DNA of 64,000 bases from Parcubacteria group bacterium (GTDB taxonomy: Bacteria > Patescibacteriota > Patescibacteriia > Buchananbacterales > UBA6539). Below are positions 10,023 through 20,275 of the stretch, in pieces (within the stretch, counting starts at the first letter, position 1; every line of letters starts with the position of its first letter). The notes under the pieces were generated by a model. It was not told the DNA's origin and ran no database searches. It was given only the letters and a program-made list of their open reading frames with translations. Made by a program: the position numbers and the translations under genes. The stretch lies in assembly GCA_002687175.1 (NCBI GenBank), contig NYZP01000001.1, positions 839-64,838 of the forward strand, given 5' to 3'.

Positions 10023-10778
10023 ATGGATTTAACTCTAATCATCCCAGCTTTTCTTGCTGGACTGATAACTTTTTTAGCTCCTTGCACTTTACCGCTAGTC
10101 CCAGGTTATTTGGGGTTTATTAGTGGCACTTCAGTTGACGATTTGAATGATCCAGCTAAAAAAGAACAAGTTAAAAAGAAAATACTTAAAAATGGTATTT
10201 TCTTTGTTTTAGGATTTAGTGTAGTTTTTATTTTATTCGGAACTTTAGCTGGACTACTTGGACAAGCTTTAGTGCCATACAGAATTTGGCTGACTAGAAT
10301 AGGCGGGGTATTTATCATCATATTTGGACTTTTCATGGTTGGTGTCTTGAAATTACCATTTCTATCACATGAAAAGAGACTTAAGCTTCCTTCTTTTTTG
10401 ACTTTAGGAAAGCCAAGCAGTTCATTTATTGTTGGTAATGCTTTTGCCTTTGGTTGGACCCCTTGCGTTGGCCCTATTCTAGCCTCAATATTATTACTGG
10501 CTTCGTCATCCAGTACTGCCCTGCAAGGAGCTATACTCCTGGCAGTCTTCTCATTAGGTTTAGCCGTACCATTTTTACTGGTCGCCCTGGGGACTGGCCA
10601 CGCTGCTCAATATATAAATAAAATATCTAAATACTTAAATGTTGTTTCAATTATTGGAGGAGCATTTTTAATTTTACTTGGAATATTACTACTCGCCAAT
10701 AAATTTACTTTATTACTGTCGTGGGGTTTTAAACTATTTTCATTTTTTGGCTACGAGAGAATAGTCGACTACTTATAG
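10023..10778 (+). CDS. ccdA: cytochrome c-type biogenesis / disulfide reductant transporter CcdA (DsbD TM domain)
   Basis: Polytopic membrane protein with the two conserved Cys (LAPCTLPLVPGY ... GWTPCVGPIL). Confidence 0.8.
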   Translation: MDLTLIIPAFLAGLITFLAPCTLPLVPGYLGFISGTSVDDLNDPAKKEQVKKKILKNGIFFVLGFSVVFILFGTLAGLLGQALVPYRIWLTRIGGVFIIIFGLFMVGVLKLPFLSHEKRLKLPSFLTLGKPSSSFIVGNAFAFGWTPCVGPILASILLLASSSSTALQGAILLAVFSLGLAVPFLLVALGTGHAAQYINKISKYLNVVSIIGGAFLILLGILLLANKFTLLLSWGFKLFSFFGYERIVDYL

Positions 10779-10839
10779 CATAAAGATACTAATTTTTTAA
10801 GTTGTCTGATTAGTATTTTTTTGTTAGAATAAACTGACT

Positions 10840-11259
10840 ATGAGACTTATTTTAAAGGATAAAAACTTATACCTGATTAGATTTGATAGGGGAGATGAGG
10901 TAATCGGAAAATTAATTTCAGTTTGTAAAAAAAATAAACTATTTTCCGGATCAATATCTGGTCTAGGAGCAGCTAGTGAAATTGTAATATCATACTTTGA
11001 CATTAAAAAGAAAAAATATCTTGATAAAAAATTTAAAAGTAATTTAGAGATAGTTAGCTTAACCGGCAACCTAGCTAGCTTAGGTAAGGAACCAGTAGTT
11101 CATATTCATGGGATTTTCTCTGATAAAAATATGGAAACAGTCGGCGGTCATGTTCAAAAAATAGTTGTTTCGGTTACCTGCGAAATTACGATAATCACTT
11201 CCAACCAAAAAATTTATAGGCAATTAGATAAAAATACTCAACTAAATTTACTAAAATAA
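10840..11259 (+). CDS. PPC (DUF296) domain protein
   Basis: GSISGLGAASEIVISYFD...LEIVSLTGNLAS...PVVHIHGIFSD..GGHV...VVSVTCEITI matches the DUF296/PPC domain pattern. Confidence 0.5.
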   Translation: MRLILKDKNLYLIRFDRGDEVIGKLISVCKKNKLFSGSISGLGAASEIVISYFDIKKKKYLDKKFKSNLEIVSLTGNLASLGKEPVVHIHGIFSDKNMETVGGHVQKIVVSVTCEITIITSNQKIYRQLDKNTQLNLLK

Positions 11260-12902
11260 TGAGAGCTTCTGACCTATTAGTAAAATCTTTAGAAAACGAG
11301 GGCGTAAAATATATTTTCGGCGTTCCTGGTGAAGAAAACCTGGATTTTTTAGATTCATTAAAAAAATCTAAAATTAAATTAATAGTTACTCGCCATGAAC
11401 AAGCGGCTGGTTTTATGGCCGCGACGATTGGGCGTCTTACTGGTAAGCCAGGAGTATCATTATCAACGCTGGGCCCTGGTGCCACTAACCTGGTTACGGC
11501 CTCAGCCTATGCCCAGCTTGGTGGTATGCCAATGATGATGATCACTGGACAAAAACCGGTTAAGAAAAGTAAACAGGGTCAATTTCAAATAATTGATACT
11601 GTTCATATTATGGAGCCGGTAACTAAATATACAAAGCAGATTGTTTTTAGCGATAATATTCCTTCTTTAATTAGACAGGCTTTCCGATTAGCAGAAGAAG
11701 AACGCCCCGGAGCAGTCCACTTAGAACTACCAGAGGATGTAGCTAAAGAACAGGTTGATCAAAAACTGGTGCAAGTTGCCAAAGTAAGACGACCAATTGC
11801 TGAAGGTAAAGCAATTAAACAGGCAACAAAAATGATTGAGCAAGCTAAACGACCATTACTAATTATTGGAGCTGGAGCTAATCGTAAACAAACTTCCAAA
11901 ATGTTGAAACAGTTTATCAATAAAACTGGTATTCCATTTGCTGACACCCAAATGGGTAAAGGTGTCATTGACGAACGACATAAACTTTTTATAGGTACGG
12001 CGGCCTTATCAGAAAATGATTATGTTCATTGCGCCATTGATAGAGCTGACCTAATTATTAATGTTGGACACGACACTACTGAAAAACCGCCTTTCATAAT
12101 GGGTAAAAATAAAAATCAACAGGTTTTACATTTAAATTTTTTCGCAGCGGAGATTGATAAAATATATTTCCCACAATTAGAAATCGTTGGTGATATTGCT
12201 AATGCAATCTGGCAAATCAAGGAGAACATTAGGCCACAAAAAAAATGGGACTTTTCCTATTACTTAGAAATAAACAAAATAATTAATGCTGAAATAAAAG
12301 TTACTGAAGATTTAAAACGTTTTCCATTAACCCCTCAATATATTGTTGAAGAAACCAGAAAGGCCATGCCCGCTAATGGCATTTTGGCTTTGGATAATGG
12401 AATGTATAAAATTTGGTTTGCTCGTCATTATAAAGCTTATCAATCAAACACTATTTTATTAGATAATGCCTTGGCCAGCATGGGTGCCGGACTACCTTCG
12501 GCCATTGCCACCAAATTAATGTATCCTGAAAAAAAAGTTCTTACCGTGGCTGGAGACGGTGGCTTTATGATGAATTCTCAAGAGCTGGAAACGGCAGTGC
12601 GCTTAAAACTTAATTTAACTGTACTAATTTTAAATGACAATGCCTTTGGTATGATAAAGTGGAAACAACATTCGGAAGGTTTTAAAAATTTTGGCTTAGA
12701 ATATAAAAATCCAAATTTTGTAAAATATGCAGAAAGTTACGGTGCTAAAGGTTACCGAGTTTCTAACAAAGTGGATTTTCCCGACATACTCCAAAAGGCT
12801 TTAAAAGAAAACAAAGTTTCGGTTATAGAAATACCAATTGATTATACGGAAAATCATAAAATTTTAACACAAAAACTGAGTAATAAAAAATGTCCTAAGT
12901 AG
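11259..12902 (+). CDS. thiamine-diphosphate enzyme, acetolactate synthase-like (AlsS/IlvB family)
   Basis: N-terminal TPP-pyrimidine-binding region (VKYIFGVPGEENLDFLDSL), a central domain and the C-terminal TPP motif GDGGFMMNSQELETA...LNDNAFG. 547 aa. Confidence 0.75.
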   Translation: MRASDLLVKSLENEGVKYIFGVPGEENLDFLDSLKKSKIKLIVTRHEQAAGFMAATIGRLTGKPGVSLSTLGPGATNLVTASAYAQLGGMPMMMITGQKPVKKSKQGQFQIIDTVHIMEPVTKYTKQIVFSDNIPSLIRQAFRLAEEERPGAVHLELPEDVAKEQVDQKLVQVAKVRRPIAEGKAIKQATKMIEQAKRPLLIIGAGANRKQTSKMLKQFINKTGIPFADTQMGKGVIDERHKLFIGTAALSENDYVHCAIDRADLIINVGHDTTEKPPFIMGKNKNQQVLHLNFFAAEIDKIYFPQLEIVGDIANAIWQIKENIRPQKKWDFSYYLEINKIINAEIKVTEDLKRFPLTPQYIVEETRKAMPANGILALDNGMYKIWFARHYKAYQSNTILLDNALASMGAGLPSAIATKLMYPEKKVLTVAGDGGFMMNSQELETAVRLKLNLTVLILNDNAFGMIKWKQHSEGFKNFGLEYKNPNFVKYAESYGAKGYRVSNKVDFPDILQKALKENKVSVIEIPIDYTENHKILTQKLSNKKCPK

Positions 12903-12939
12903 AAAGTGACACAAAGAAATATAAATTCTAAATTAATTT

Positions 12940-13017
12940 GTCATTGCGAGCGTAGCGAAGCAATCTCTACAAACTGAGATTGCCGCGTCACTCACTTCGT
13001 TCGTTCCTCGCAATGAC
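12940..13017. repeat. 78-bp imperfect palindrome (11-bp perfect terminal inverted repeat GTCATTGCGAG/CTCGCAATGAC plus inner CAATCTC/GAGATTG hairpin)
   Basis: Read directly from the sequence. It lies between the ALS-like gene and the ALDH gene, just upstream of the GGAG SD of the ALDH start at 13031. Confidence 0.6.
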
Positions 13018-13030
13018 AATGGAGTACCCT

Positions 13031-14395
13031 ATGGCTTTGAAATCTATTAACCCAACCACCGAGGAGGTAATTGCTGAATACAAAGAGTTAACAAAAGAGC
13101 AAATTGATCAAAAAATTGTTACGGCCCAAAGCACCTTTGAATCATGGCGTAAAACGTCCTTTAGTCAAAGAGCGGAGCTATTGACTAAGCTGGCTAATAT
13201 TTTAAAAGATGAGGCTAGACCACTTGGTGAAATTATGACAAAAGAGATGGGTAAACCAATCACCCAGGCTATTGCTGAATCGGAAAAATGTGCCCTTGCC
13301 TGCGAATACTATGCTCAAAATGCTGAAAAATTTTTAGCTCCAGAGAAAATTGACACTGATGCCGGTGAAAGCTTTGTCCGATTTGATCCAATTGGCATTG
13401 TTTTAGCGGTAATGCCCTGGAATTTTCCCTTTTGGCAAGTACTGCGCTTTGCGGCACCAACTGTTATGGCTGGTAATGTTGGACTGCTTAAACATGCTTC
13501 TAATGTACAAGGGTCTGCTATAAAAATAGAAGAAATTTTTGAACTAGCTGGTTTTCCTAAGGGAGTATTTCAAAATTTAGCAATTGGCTCTTCGAAAGTT
13601 GAGCCAATCATTAGAGACGAAAGGATTAAAGCAATAACCTTAACTGGTAGTGAACCGGCTGGCATGGCCGTAGCTAAAGTAGCCGGTGAGGAGATTAAAA
13701 AAACAGTGATGGAACTTGGCGGTTCTGACCCATTTATAGTTTTAGAAGATGCTGATATTCCTAACGCTTGTGAAGTAGCTACCACTGCCAGAAATATAAA
13801 TAATGGTCAAAGTTGTATTGCTGCCAAAAGATTCATTATTGTTAAAAGTGTAGCTGATAAATTTACCCAGCTGTTTAAAGAAAGATTTGAGGCTATGATA
13901 ATTGGCGATCCTATGTTAGATGAAACAAATATCGGACCAATAGCAACAAAACAAGGTTTAGAAGAGTTACAAAGACAAATTCAACAATCAGTTGATGAAG
14001 GAGCCGAAATAGTTACTGGCGGAAAGCAGGTTGGTGACAAAGGATATTTTCTTCAACCTACAATATTAGATAAGGTTAAAAAGGGTGTCCCGGCCTACAG
14101 TGAAGAATTATTTGGTCCGGTAGCATCAGTGATTGTTGTCGAGAACGAGGCTGAAGCAATTGCCGTGGCCAATGATACAGACTTTGGTTTAGGAGCTTCA
14201 GTTTGGACAGCTGATATTGACCGGGCTAAAAAAATTATTCCCCAAATAAATTCCGGTGCGGTATTTGTCAATGGCTTAGTTAAATCAGACCCGCGAATGC
14301 CATTTGGTGGAGAGAAACGTTCAGGTTATGGACGTGAATTGTCACACTACGGCTTAAAAGAATTCGTCAATATTAAATCTGTATGGATCAAATGA
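13031..14395 (+). CDS. NAD(P)+-dependent aldehyde dehydrogenase (succinate-semialdehyde DH-like)
   Basis: ALDH family motifs: the FNFPFWQ region, the ELGGSDP-type glutamate region ([12 protein letters not shown]) and the catalytic Cys in [11 protein letters not shown]. Start chosen at the ATG preceded by GGAG. The track ORF starts at 12980, inside the palindrome. Confidence 0.85.
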   Translation: MALKSINPTTEEVIAEYKELTKEQIDQKIVTAQSTFESWRKTSFSQRAELLTKLANILKDEARPLGEIMTKEMGKPITQAIAESEKCALACEYYAQNAEKFLAPEKIDTDAGESFVRFDPIGIVLAVMPWNFPFWQVLRFAAPTVMAGNVGLLKHASNVQGSAIKIEEIFELAGFPKGVFQNLAIGSSKVEPIIRDERIKAITLTGSEPAGMAVAKVAGEEIKKTVMELGGSDPFIVLEDADIPNACEVATTARNINNGQSCIAAKRFIIVKSVADKFTQLFKERFEAMIIGDPMLDETNIGPIATKQGLEELQRQIQQSVDEGAEIVTGGKQVGDKGYFLQPTILDKVKKGVPAYSEELFGPVASVIVVENEAEAIAVANDTDFGLGASVWTADIDRAKKIIPQINSGAVFVNGLVKSDPRMPFGGEKRSGYGRELSHYGLKEFVNIKSVWIK

Positions 14396-14421
14396 TCTCA
14401 TTAACAATTAACCAATAGTAT

Positions 14422-14931
14422 ATGAAAAATAATATGCCCGCCAAAGGCGGGTCCGCCTCTGGCGGAAAACCAAAAATAGGACAAAAAGCACCAGCCATAA
14501 ATTTACCTGATCAAGATGGTAAAAATCACAAACTATCAGATTACAAAGGAAAAAATGTTTTAATATATTTTTATCCTAAGGATGACACTCCTGGCTGCAC
14601 TAAACAAGCTTGTGACATAAGAGATAACTTGCCAAAATTTAAAAAACTTAATGCCGTAGTATTTGGCATTAGTAAGGACAGTGTTGATAAACATAAAAAA
14701 TTTGCTGATAAATACAAATTACCATTCACCCTTCTTTCTGATGAAGATTTAAAGGTTTTAAAGTCTTATGGTGTCTGGGTCAAAAAAAATATGATGGGTC
14801 GAGAGTACATGGGGATAGTGCGAACATCTTTTCTTATTAACAAAGATTCCAAAATTGTTAAAATATATAATAATGTAAAGCCTCCTTTACATGCTGATCA
14901 AGTTCTATCAGATCTAAATATAGTTCTTTAA
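14422..14931 (+). CDS. bcp: thiol peroxidase Bcp / peroxiredoxin Q
   Basis: FYPKDDTPGCTKQAC active site. AhpC/TSA fold length. Confidence 0.85.
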   Translation: MKNNMPAKGGSASGGKPKIGQKAPAINLPDQDGKNHKLSDYKGKNVLIYFYPKDDTPGCTKQACDIRDNLPKFKKLNAVVFGISKDSVDKHKKFADKYKLPFTLLSDEDLKVLKSYGVWVKKNMMGREYMGIVRTSFLINKDSKIVKIYNNVKPPLHADQVLSDLNIVL

Positions 14932-14945
14932 AGGAGGGTCGAACC

Positions 14946-15113
14946 ATGATTATATGCAAATCTTGTGGTGGTTCCGAAAGATCAACTAAGAACAGAATGA
15001 ATCATGGGTCTGGATCTATCCAGGTAGTTTGTAAGAAATGTTGCGGCACAGGTGATGGCCTTAGTTGGTTTGACTACATATGTATACGCTTACTTGGCCC
15101 ATACTACAGCTAA
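14946..15113 (+). CDS. small Cys-rich zinc-ribbon-like protein (55 aa)
   Basis: Not in the ORF track (under 60 aa). A perfect SD AGGAGG (14932-14937) lies 8 nt before the ATG. MIICKSCGGSERSTKNRMNHGSGSIQVVCKKCCGTGDGLSWFDYICIRLLGPYYS has C-x2-C ... C-x2-CC. Confidence 0.5.
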   Translation: MIICKSCGGSERSTKNRMNHGSGSIQVVCKKCCGTGDGLSWFDYICIRLLGPYYS

Positions 15114-15193
15114 GGAATTAATCCTTAATGCAATGCCACTAGTAATTACTCTGGTGGCTTTTTTTATTACCTTAAATTTAGTATAATCTATAC

Positions 15194-16621
15194 ATGACTA
15201 AAGATAGTTTAGCCAAAAATACTACCTATTATACTGCTGCCTTAACGGTCCAGAAAATTCTGGCCTTTATTTATTTTTGGTTTATTTCTAACAGTTTATT
15301 TCCCGGACAACTGGGGCAATATATCTTTGCCCTGTCCTATACCACTTTGTTTTCCATCTTTGTCGACTTAGGTTTGTCACCGGTACTGACCAGAGAAGCA
15401 TCAAAATATAAAGATAAAGCCAATACTTATTTACGAAATGTCATTGGCTTGAAACTACCATTATCAATCATAACCTTATTGGTAGCTTGGATCACGATTA
15501 ATTTTACCGACAAGGAATCTGGGGTTAGGTTATTAGTTTATTTAGCCAGTATTATTATGATCCTAGATTCTTTTTCCTTAAGCTTCTGGGTAATCTTCCG
15601 CTCACGACAAAATCTAAAGTACGAAAGCATTGCCACTATCTTGGTCCAAATAATTATCTTTAGTTTAGGTGTTGTTGCTTTAAAAACTACTGGCGAGGTA
15701 AAACATTTAATTATGGCATTGTTGGCCGCTAGCGCTTTTAATTTTTTATTTTCTCTAATTTTAATTAAAGTAAAATTAAAGTTTTCCTTAAAACCACAAT
15801 TTGATCCAACAATCTACCGTTACTTTTTAAGAATCATCCCTGCCTTTGCTTTGGCTGGAATTTTTGTAAAAATTTACAACACTTCAGACACTGTCCTGCT
15901 GAGTTTTCTAAATTCTGATGAGTCGGTTGCTTATTTTGCTATTCCCGCAAAGGTAGTTTATGCCTTTCAACAAATAATCCCAGCCGCTTTTGCTGCCGTT
16001 ATATTCCCGGCCTTTAGCTATTATTACAAAACATCAAAGAAGCTTTTAACTCAAACTTTTGATAAGGCCTTTAATTACCTGACGATCATCAGTTTACCAA
16101 TCACTGCGGGCTTATTAATTCTAATACCAGAAATAATAAGATTAGTTTGGCCAAGTTATCACGTGGTTATCCCAGCATTTTTTGTCATGGCCTTAGCAAT
16201 ACCATTTATTTTTTTAGCCTTTCCAACAGGATATTTATTAAATGCTACTGACCGACAAAGAAATACCACCATTAATCGGGGAGTGGTGACTGTTTTAGCC
16301 ATTGTTTTAAATATCATCCTGATCCCTAAGTTGGATTTTTTTGGGGCCGGTATCACTTTTTTTGTAACTAATGTGGTTTTATTAATTCTTGATTTTATAT
16401 GGGTTAGAAAAGTAATTACTTTAAAAATTTGGAATATGACAATGTTGGTCTTTAAATCAGTGTCCGCAAGCGCTATAATGATACTGGGCATCTATTTAAC
16501 AAAACCATATTTCCACTTGATAATTTTAGTACCCTTCGGGGCGATTGTTTACTTTTTAACACTTTCGATGTTAAAAGGATTTAGTTTTTCAGAAATCAAA
16601 TCAATAACTAACAAAAAATAG
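15194..16621 (+). CDS. polysaccharide/oligosaccharide flippase (Wzx/MOP superfamily)
   Basis: 475 aa, about 12-14 predicted TM helices. It is the first gene of the glycosyltransferase cluster. Confidence 0.65.
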   Translation: MTKDSLAKNTTYYTAALTVQKILAFIYFWFISNSLFPGQLGQYIFALSYTTLFSIFVDLGLSPVLTREASKYKDKANTYLRNVIGLKLPLSIITLLVAWITINFTDKESGVRLLVYLASIIMILDSFSLSFWVIFRSRQNLKYESIATILVQIIIFSLGVVALKTTGEVKHLIMALLAASAFNFLFSLILIKVKLKFSLKPQFDPTIYRYFLRIIPAFALAGIFVKIYNTSDTVLLSFLNSDESVAYFAIPAKVVYAFQQIIPAAFAAVIFPAFSYYYKTSKKLLTQTFDKAFNYLTIISLPITAGLLILIPEIIRLVWPSYHVVIPAFFVMALAIPFIFLAFPTGYLLNATDRQRNTTINRGVVTVLAIVLNIILIPKLDFFGAGITFFVTNVVLLILDFIWVRKVITLKIWNMTMLVFKSVSASAIMILGIYLTKPYFHLIILVPFGAIVYFLTLSMLKGFSFSEIKSITNKK

Positions 16622-16624
16622 CAC

Positions 16625-17812
16625 ATGGCAAAAAATTTAAAAAAAAGTCTGTTAATTACTTTAGATTTTCCACCAAATGTTGGAGGAATTGCTACTTATT
16701 ATTATAACGTTTGTAAAAATTTACCAGCCGATAAAATTGTGGTGTTAGCTCCCGAACAAGAAGGAGCTGAAGCTTTTGATCGCCAACAAAATTTTACTAT
16801 CATTAGAAAAAAAATCTTAAGTCAACTGCCAGAAAACTCTAACAAGGGGTTAGGCAAGATTTTAAAAGTGGCAAATTCTTTTCGTTGGATGTCGACCATT
16901 AAACATTTGGCACCAATTATCAAAAATCATCAAATTGAGCTGATCCAGGCCGGACAAGTTTTACCTATCGGAACTATGGCCATGGTTTACAGTAAAAGCA
17001 AAAAGATTCCATTCGTTTTTTATGCTCATGGCTTAGATATCATGTTGCCCCAGAATTTCAAACGAAAAAAAATGTTAGTCAAAAATATAATTGATAGTTC
17101 TCAAAAAATCATCGCTAACAGTCATTATACTAAAGACGAGCTGATAACATTAGGGGCCACTGAAGATAAAGTCATTGTAGTCCATCCCTGCCCAAATTTA
17201 ACTACCGAACAAGTTACCGATTGGAAAATTGAAGAGATAAAAGAGGACTTTAATTTAAAAAATAAAAAAATACTACTGACCGTTGGCAGATTAGTTAAAA
17301 GAAAAGGGCATGACTATGTTATTCAAGCATTACCAACAATTATTAAACAAGTGCCAGGCTTAATTTATATAATCGCCGGTAGTGGCCCCTATCAAAAAAA
17401 TTTAGAAAAATTAGTGAACCAGAAAAATTTAGGAGGTTATGTAAAATTTGTTGGTAATGTTGATCAAAAAGATTTGGCGGCTTTTTATAGTATATGTAAT
17501 GTCTTTACCATGCCGTCAAGACAATTAGCCAATGGGGATGTCGAGGGCTTTGGTATTGCATACTTAGAAGCAAATTTATTTGGCAAACCAGTCATTGGTG
17601 GTAAAAGCGGGGGAGTACCAGAAGCGGTGATTGATAGACAGACCGGTTTTCTGGTTAATCCAACTGATGTTGAAGAAATTGCCAAAGTATCTGTCAAGCT
17701 ATTGACCGATGATGCTTTAGCTGCCAAACTAGGAACCCAAGGGTTAGAGCGGGTGACCAATGAATTTGAATGGGATAATCAAACCGAAAAAATTAAAGAT
17801 ATTTTAACTTAA
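16625..17812 (+). CDS. glycosyltransferase family 4 (GT-B, 'group 1')
   Basis: C-terminal E-x7-E region (GFGIAYLEANLFGKPVIGGKSGGVPE). Confidence 0.85.
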   Translation: MAKNLKKSLLITLDFPPNVGGIATYYYNVCKNLPADKIVVLAPEQEGAEAFDRQQNFTIIRKKILSQLPENSNKGLGKILKVANSFRWMSTIKHLAPIIKNHQIELIQAGQVLPIGTMAMVYSKSKKIPFVFYAHGLDIMLPQNFKRKKMLVKNIIDSSQKIIANSHYTKDELITLGATEDKVIVVHPCPNLTTEQVTDWKIEEIKEDFNLKNKKILLTVGRLVKRKGHDYVIQALPTIIKQVPGLIYIIAGSGPYQKNLEKLVNQKNLGGYVKFVGNVDQKDLAAFYSICNVFTMPSRQLANGDVEGFGIAYLEANLFGKPVIGGKSGGVPEAVIDRQTGFLVNPTDVEEIAKVSVKLLTDDALAAKLGTQGLERVTNEFEWDNQTEKIKDILT

Positions 17813-17818
17813 AAAATT

Positions 17819-18496
17819 GTGCCAGAAATCAGTATCGTTGTTCCAATTTATAATGCCCAAAAAACTCTGGAAAAATGTCTTTCCAGTATTTTTGACCAAA
17901 CTTTCAAAAAATTTGAGGTTATTGCAGTCAATGATGGATCAACTGATCGAAGCTTAAAAATTTTAAAAAATTATTTACAAAAAGTTACTATTATTAATCA
18001 AAAAAATAAAGGCGCCGCCATTGCCAGAAATGAAGGTGCTAAAATTGCCCGCTCACCATTTATTATCTTTTGCGATGCTGATATTACCATGAAGCCAGAA
18101 ATGCTAGCCACGATGATTAATGTTCTAAATAAAAAACCAAAGGCTTCGTATGCTTACAGCTCATTTAAATTTGGCTCTAAAACTTTTAAGCTGTGGCCAT
18201 TTTCCGCTCAGAAACTGAGGCAGATGCCATATATTCATACGGCTTCGCTGATCAGAAGAAAACATTTTCCCGGGTTTGATAAAAAACTAACCCGCTTTCA
18301 GGATTGGGACTTATATTTAACAATGCTTGACAGAGGATACCAGGGGGCATATATTAATAAAATTTTATTCACCATTAAACCAGGTGGAACGATGAGTAGT
18401 TGGTTACCAAAATCTTTTTATCATCTACCTTGGTTAAAAACCGTTAAAAAATATAAGCAAGCCGAACAGATTATTAAACAAAAACATAAAATATGA
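17819..18496 (+). CDS. glycosyltransferase family 2
   Basis: ISIVVPIYNAQKTLEKCLSSIFDQTF...VNDGSTD and the DAD motif (FCDADITM). Confidence 0.8.
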   Translation: MPEISIVVPIYNAQKTLEKCLSSIFDQTFKKFEVIAVNDGSTDRSLKILKNYLQKVTIINQKNKGAAIARNEGAKIARSPFIIFCDADITMKPEMLATMINVLNKKPKASYAYSSFKFGSKTFKLWPFSAQKLRQMPYIHTASLIRRKHFPGFDKKLTRFQDWDLYLTMLDRGYQGAYINKILFTIKPGGTMSSWLPKSFYHLPWLKTVKKYKQAEQIIKQKHKI

Positions 18497-19170
18497 TGCG
18501 ACTTCAAAAATTTTTAGCCGATGCCGGTATTGCCTCAAGACGACAAGCCGAAAAATTGATTGCCGACAGGAAAATCATGGTTAATAATAAAATTGTCACT
18601 AAACCTGGCACCACGGTTGATCCAAGTAACGACCAAATCATTTATAATAATAAAGTGATTACTTTAAGCTCTAATAAAATTTATATTGCCCTGCATAAAC
18701 CGGTTGGCTACGTTAGTAGTTCAAGTAGTGAACAAGGCAAATCCGTTCTAGACTTAGTTAAAGTTAAAGAAAGAGTTTACCCGGTTGGTCGACTTGATAA
18801 GGATTCCAGCGGCTTAATTATTTTAAGCAATGACGGTGAACTGACAAACAAAATAACCCATCCCAAGTTTGGTCATGATAAAGAATATTTTTTGGTATTA
18901 GATCAAGATTTAAAATCCGAGGATATTAAAAAATTAGAAAAAGGCATTACTATGCAAGGAAAAAAAATTAAAGGAATAAAAGTGGCCATGGCCAAAAATA
19001 AATCAGCCCGTTTTATTTTACAAGAGGGGGTTAATCGACAAATCAGAAGGATGCTTGGTAAGCTTGGCTACACCGCAATAAAATTAAAACGAGTCAGAAT
19101 TGGTAAACTGGAACTTCAAGATTTAAAACCAGGCCAATGGAAAAAAATAAATAAGTCTGATATTTTTTAA
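18493..19170 (+). CDS. rRNA pseudouridine synthase, RsuA/RluB family (S4 domain + catalytic domain)
   Basis: N-terminal S4 domain (MRLQKFLADAGIASRRQAEKLI) and the catalytic motif VYPVGRLDKDSSGLIILSNDGEL. Confidence 0.8.
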   Translation: MMRLQKFLADAGIASRRQAEKLIADRKIMVNNKIVTKPGTTVDPSNDQIIYNNKVITLSSNKIYIALHKPVGYVSSSSSEQGKSVLDLVKVKERVYPVGRLDKDSSGLIILSNDGELTNKITHPKFGHDKEYFLVLDQDLKSEDIKKLEKGITMQGKKIKGIKVAMAKNKSARFILQEGVNRQIRRMLGKLGYTAIKLKRVRIGKLELQDLKPGQWKKINKSDIF

Positions 19171-19962
19171 ATGGCATCAAAAAATAAAATTTCAATTGTA
19201 ATTGTTTCTTGGAAAGTTAAAGATTTGTTAAATAAATGTTTGACCTCTATCTTTACATATCAACAAAATCTAGATTTAGAAGTGATTGTGATCGATAACA
19301 ATTCAAATGATGGTACAGTCGACATGGTTAAAAATAATTTTCCCAAAGTATTGTTAATTAAAAACAAAAAAAATATTGGCTTTGCTAAAGCCAACAATCT
19401 AGGGATTGCCAAGGCCAATGGAAATTATATTTTAGTTTTAAATCCTGACACAGAAATTTTAAAAAATACCATTCAAGAAATGGTCAGCTTTATGGATAAA
19501 AATCCTCAGGCTGGTATTGTTGGTCCAAAACATTTAAACCCAGATAAAACAATCCAACCTTCAGTCAGACGATTCCCCAGTTTACTGGCTGTCTTTCTAA
19601 TACTTATTAAACTGCCTAAAGTCTTAAACTTAAAATCAGTGAATAAATTTTTGGCAACCGACGTCGACTATAATAATACTCAACCAGTTGATCAGGTCGC
19701 TGGCTCATTTATGTTTATTCGTCAAGAAGTATTAGCTAAAATTGGTAATTTTGATGAAAAATTTTTCATCTGGTTCGAAGATGTTGACCTGTGTAAAAGA
19801 GCTAAAAGTGCTGACTGGCAAATTTGGTATAACAATAAATCGCAAATTATTCATTATGGGGGACAAAGTTTTAAACAAAGATTAACTGTTAAAAAACAAC
19901 TACTTTTCTTTAAAAGTGCCTGGTACTATTTCAAAAAACACGGATTTATCTATAAAAATTGA
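19171..19962 (+). CDS. glycosyltransferase family 2
   Basis: ISIVIVSW...VIVIDNNSNDGT, DxD-like (NPDTE) and the FEDVDLCKR motif typical of GT2 rhamnosyl- and galactosyltransferases. Confidence 0.8.
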   Translation: MASKNKISIVIVSWKVKDLLNKCLTSIFTYQQNLDLEVIVIDNNSNDGTVDMVKNNFPKVLLIKNKKNIGFAKANNLGIAKANGNYILVLNPDTEILKNTIQEMVSFMDKNPQAGIVGPKHLNPDKTIQPSVRRFPSLLAVFLILIKLPKVLNLKSVNKFLATDVDYNNTQPVDQVAGSFMFIRQEVLAKIGNFDEKFFIWFEDVDLCKRAKSADWQIWYNNKSQIIHYGGQSFKQRLTVKKQLLFFKSAWYYFKKHGFIYKN

Positions 19963-20275
19963 TTTTTATAGCGATAAAGGTTACAATATAAATATCACTG
20001 TTAATCTGAACCAAAGCAAGGAGACCCTCCTATGAGAAATAGAATCTTCAACCTAAAGAAAGGACGGTGATTATCTCTTCTTACAGCTCTGCTGTGAGTC
20101 GTACCTTGTTGTTTAACTGATCTTTCCAACTTCAGTCACTATGACTGTTTGGCACAACAATAAGCATACTCACGAAGGGAGGGAGGGGAACAAGTGTCGA
20201 AAACATCGGAAGTTGAAACACCTCTAGTTGTAGTATAAATTGTGGAACAGACGACCAATGGAGGATACTCAAGCT

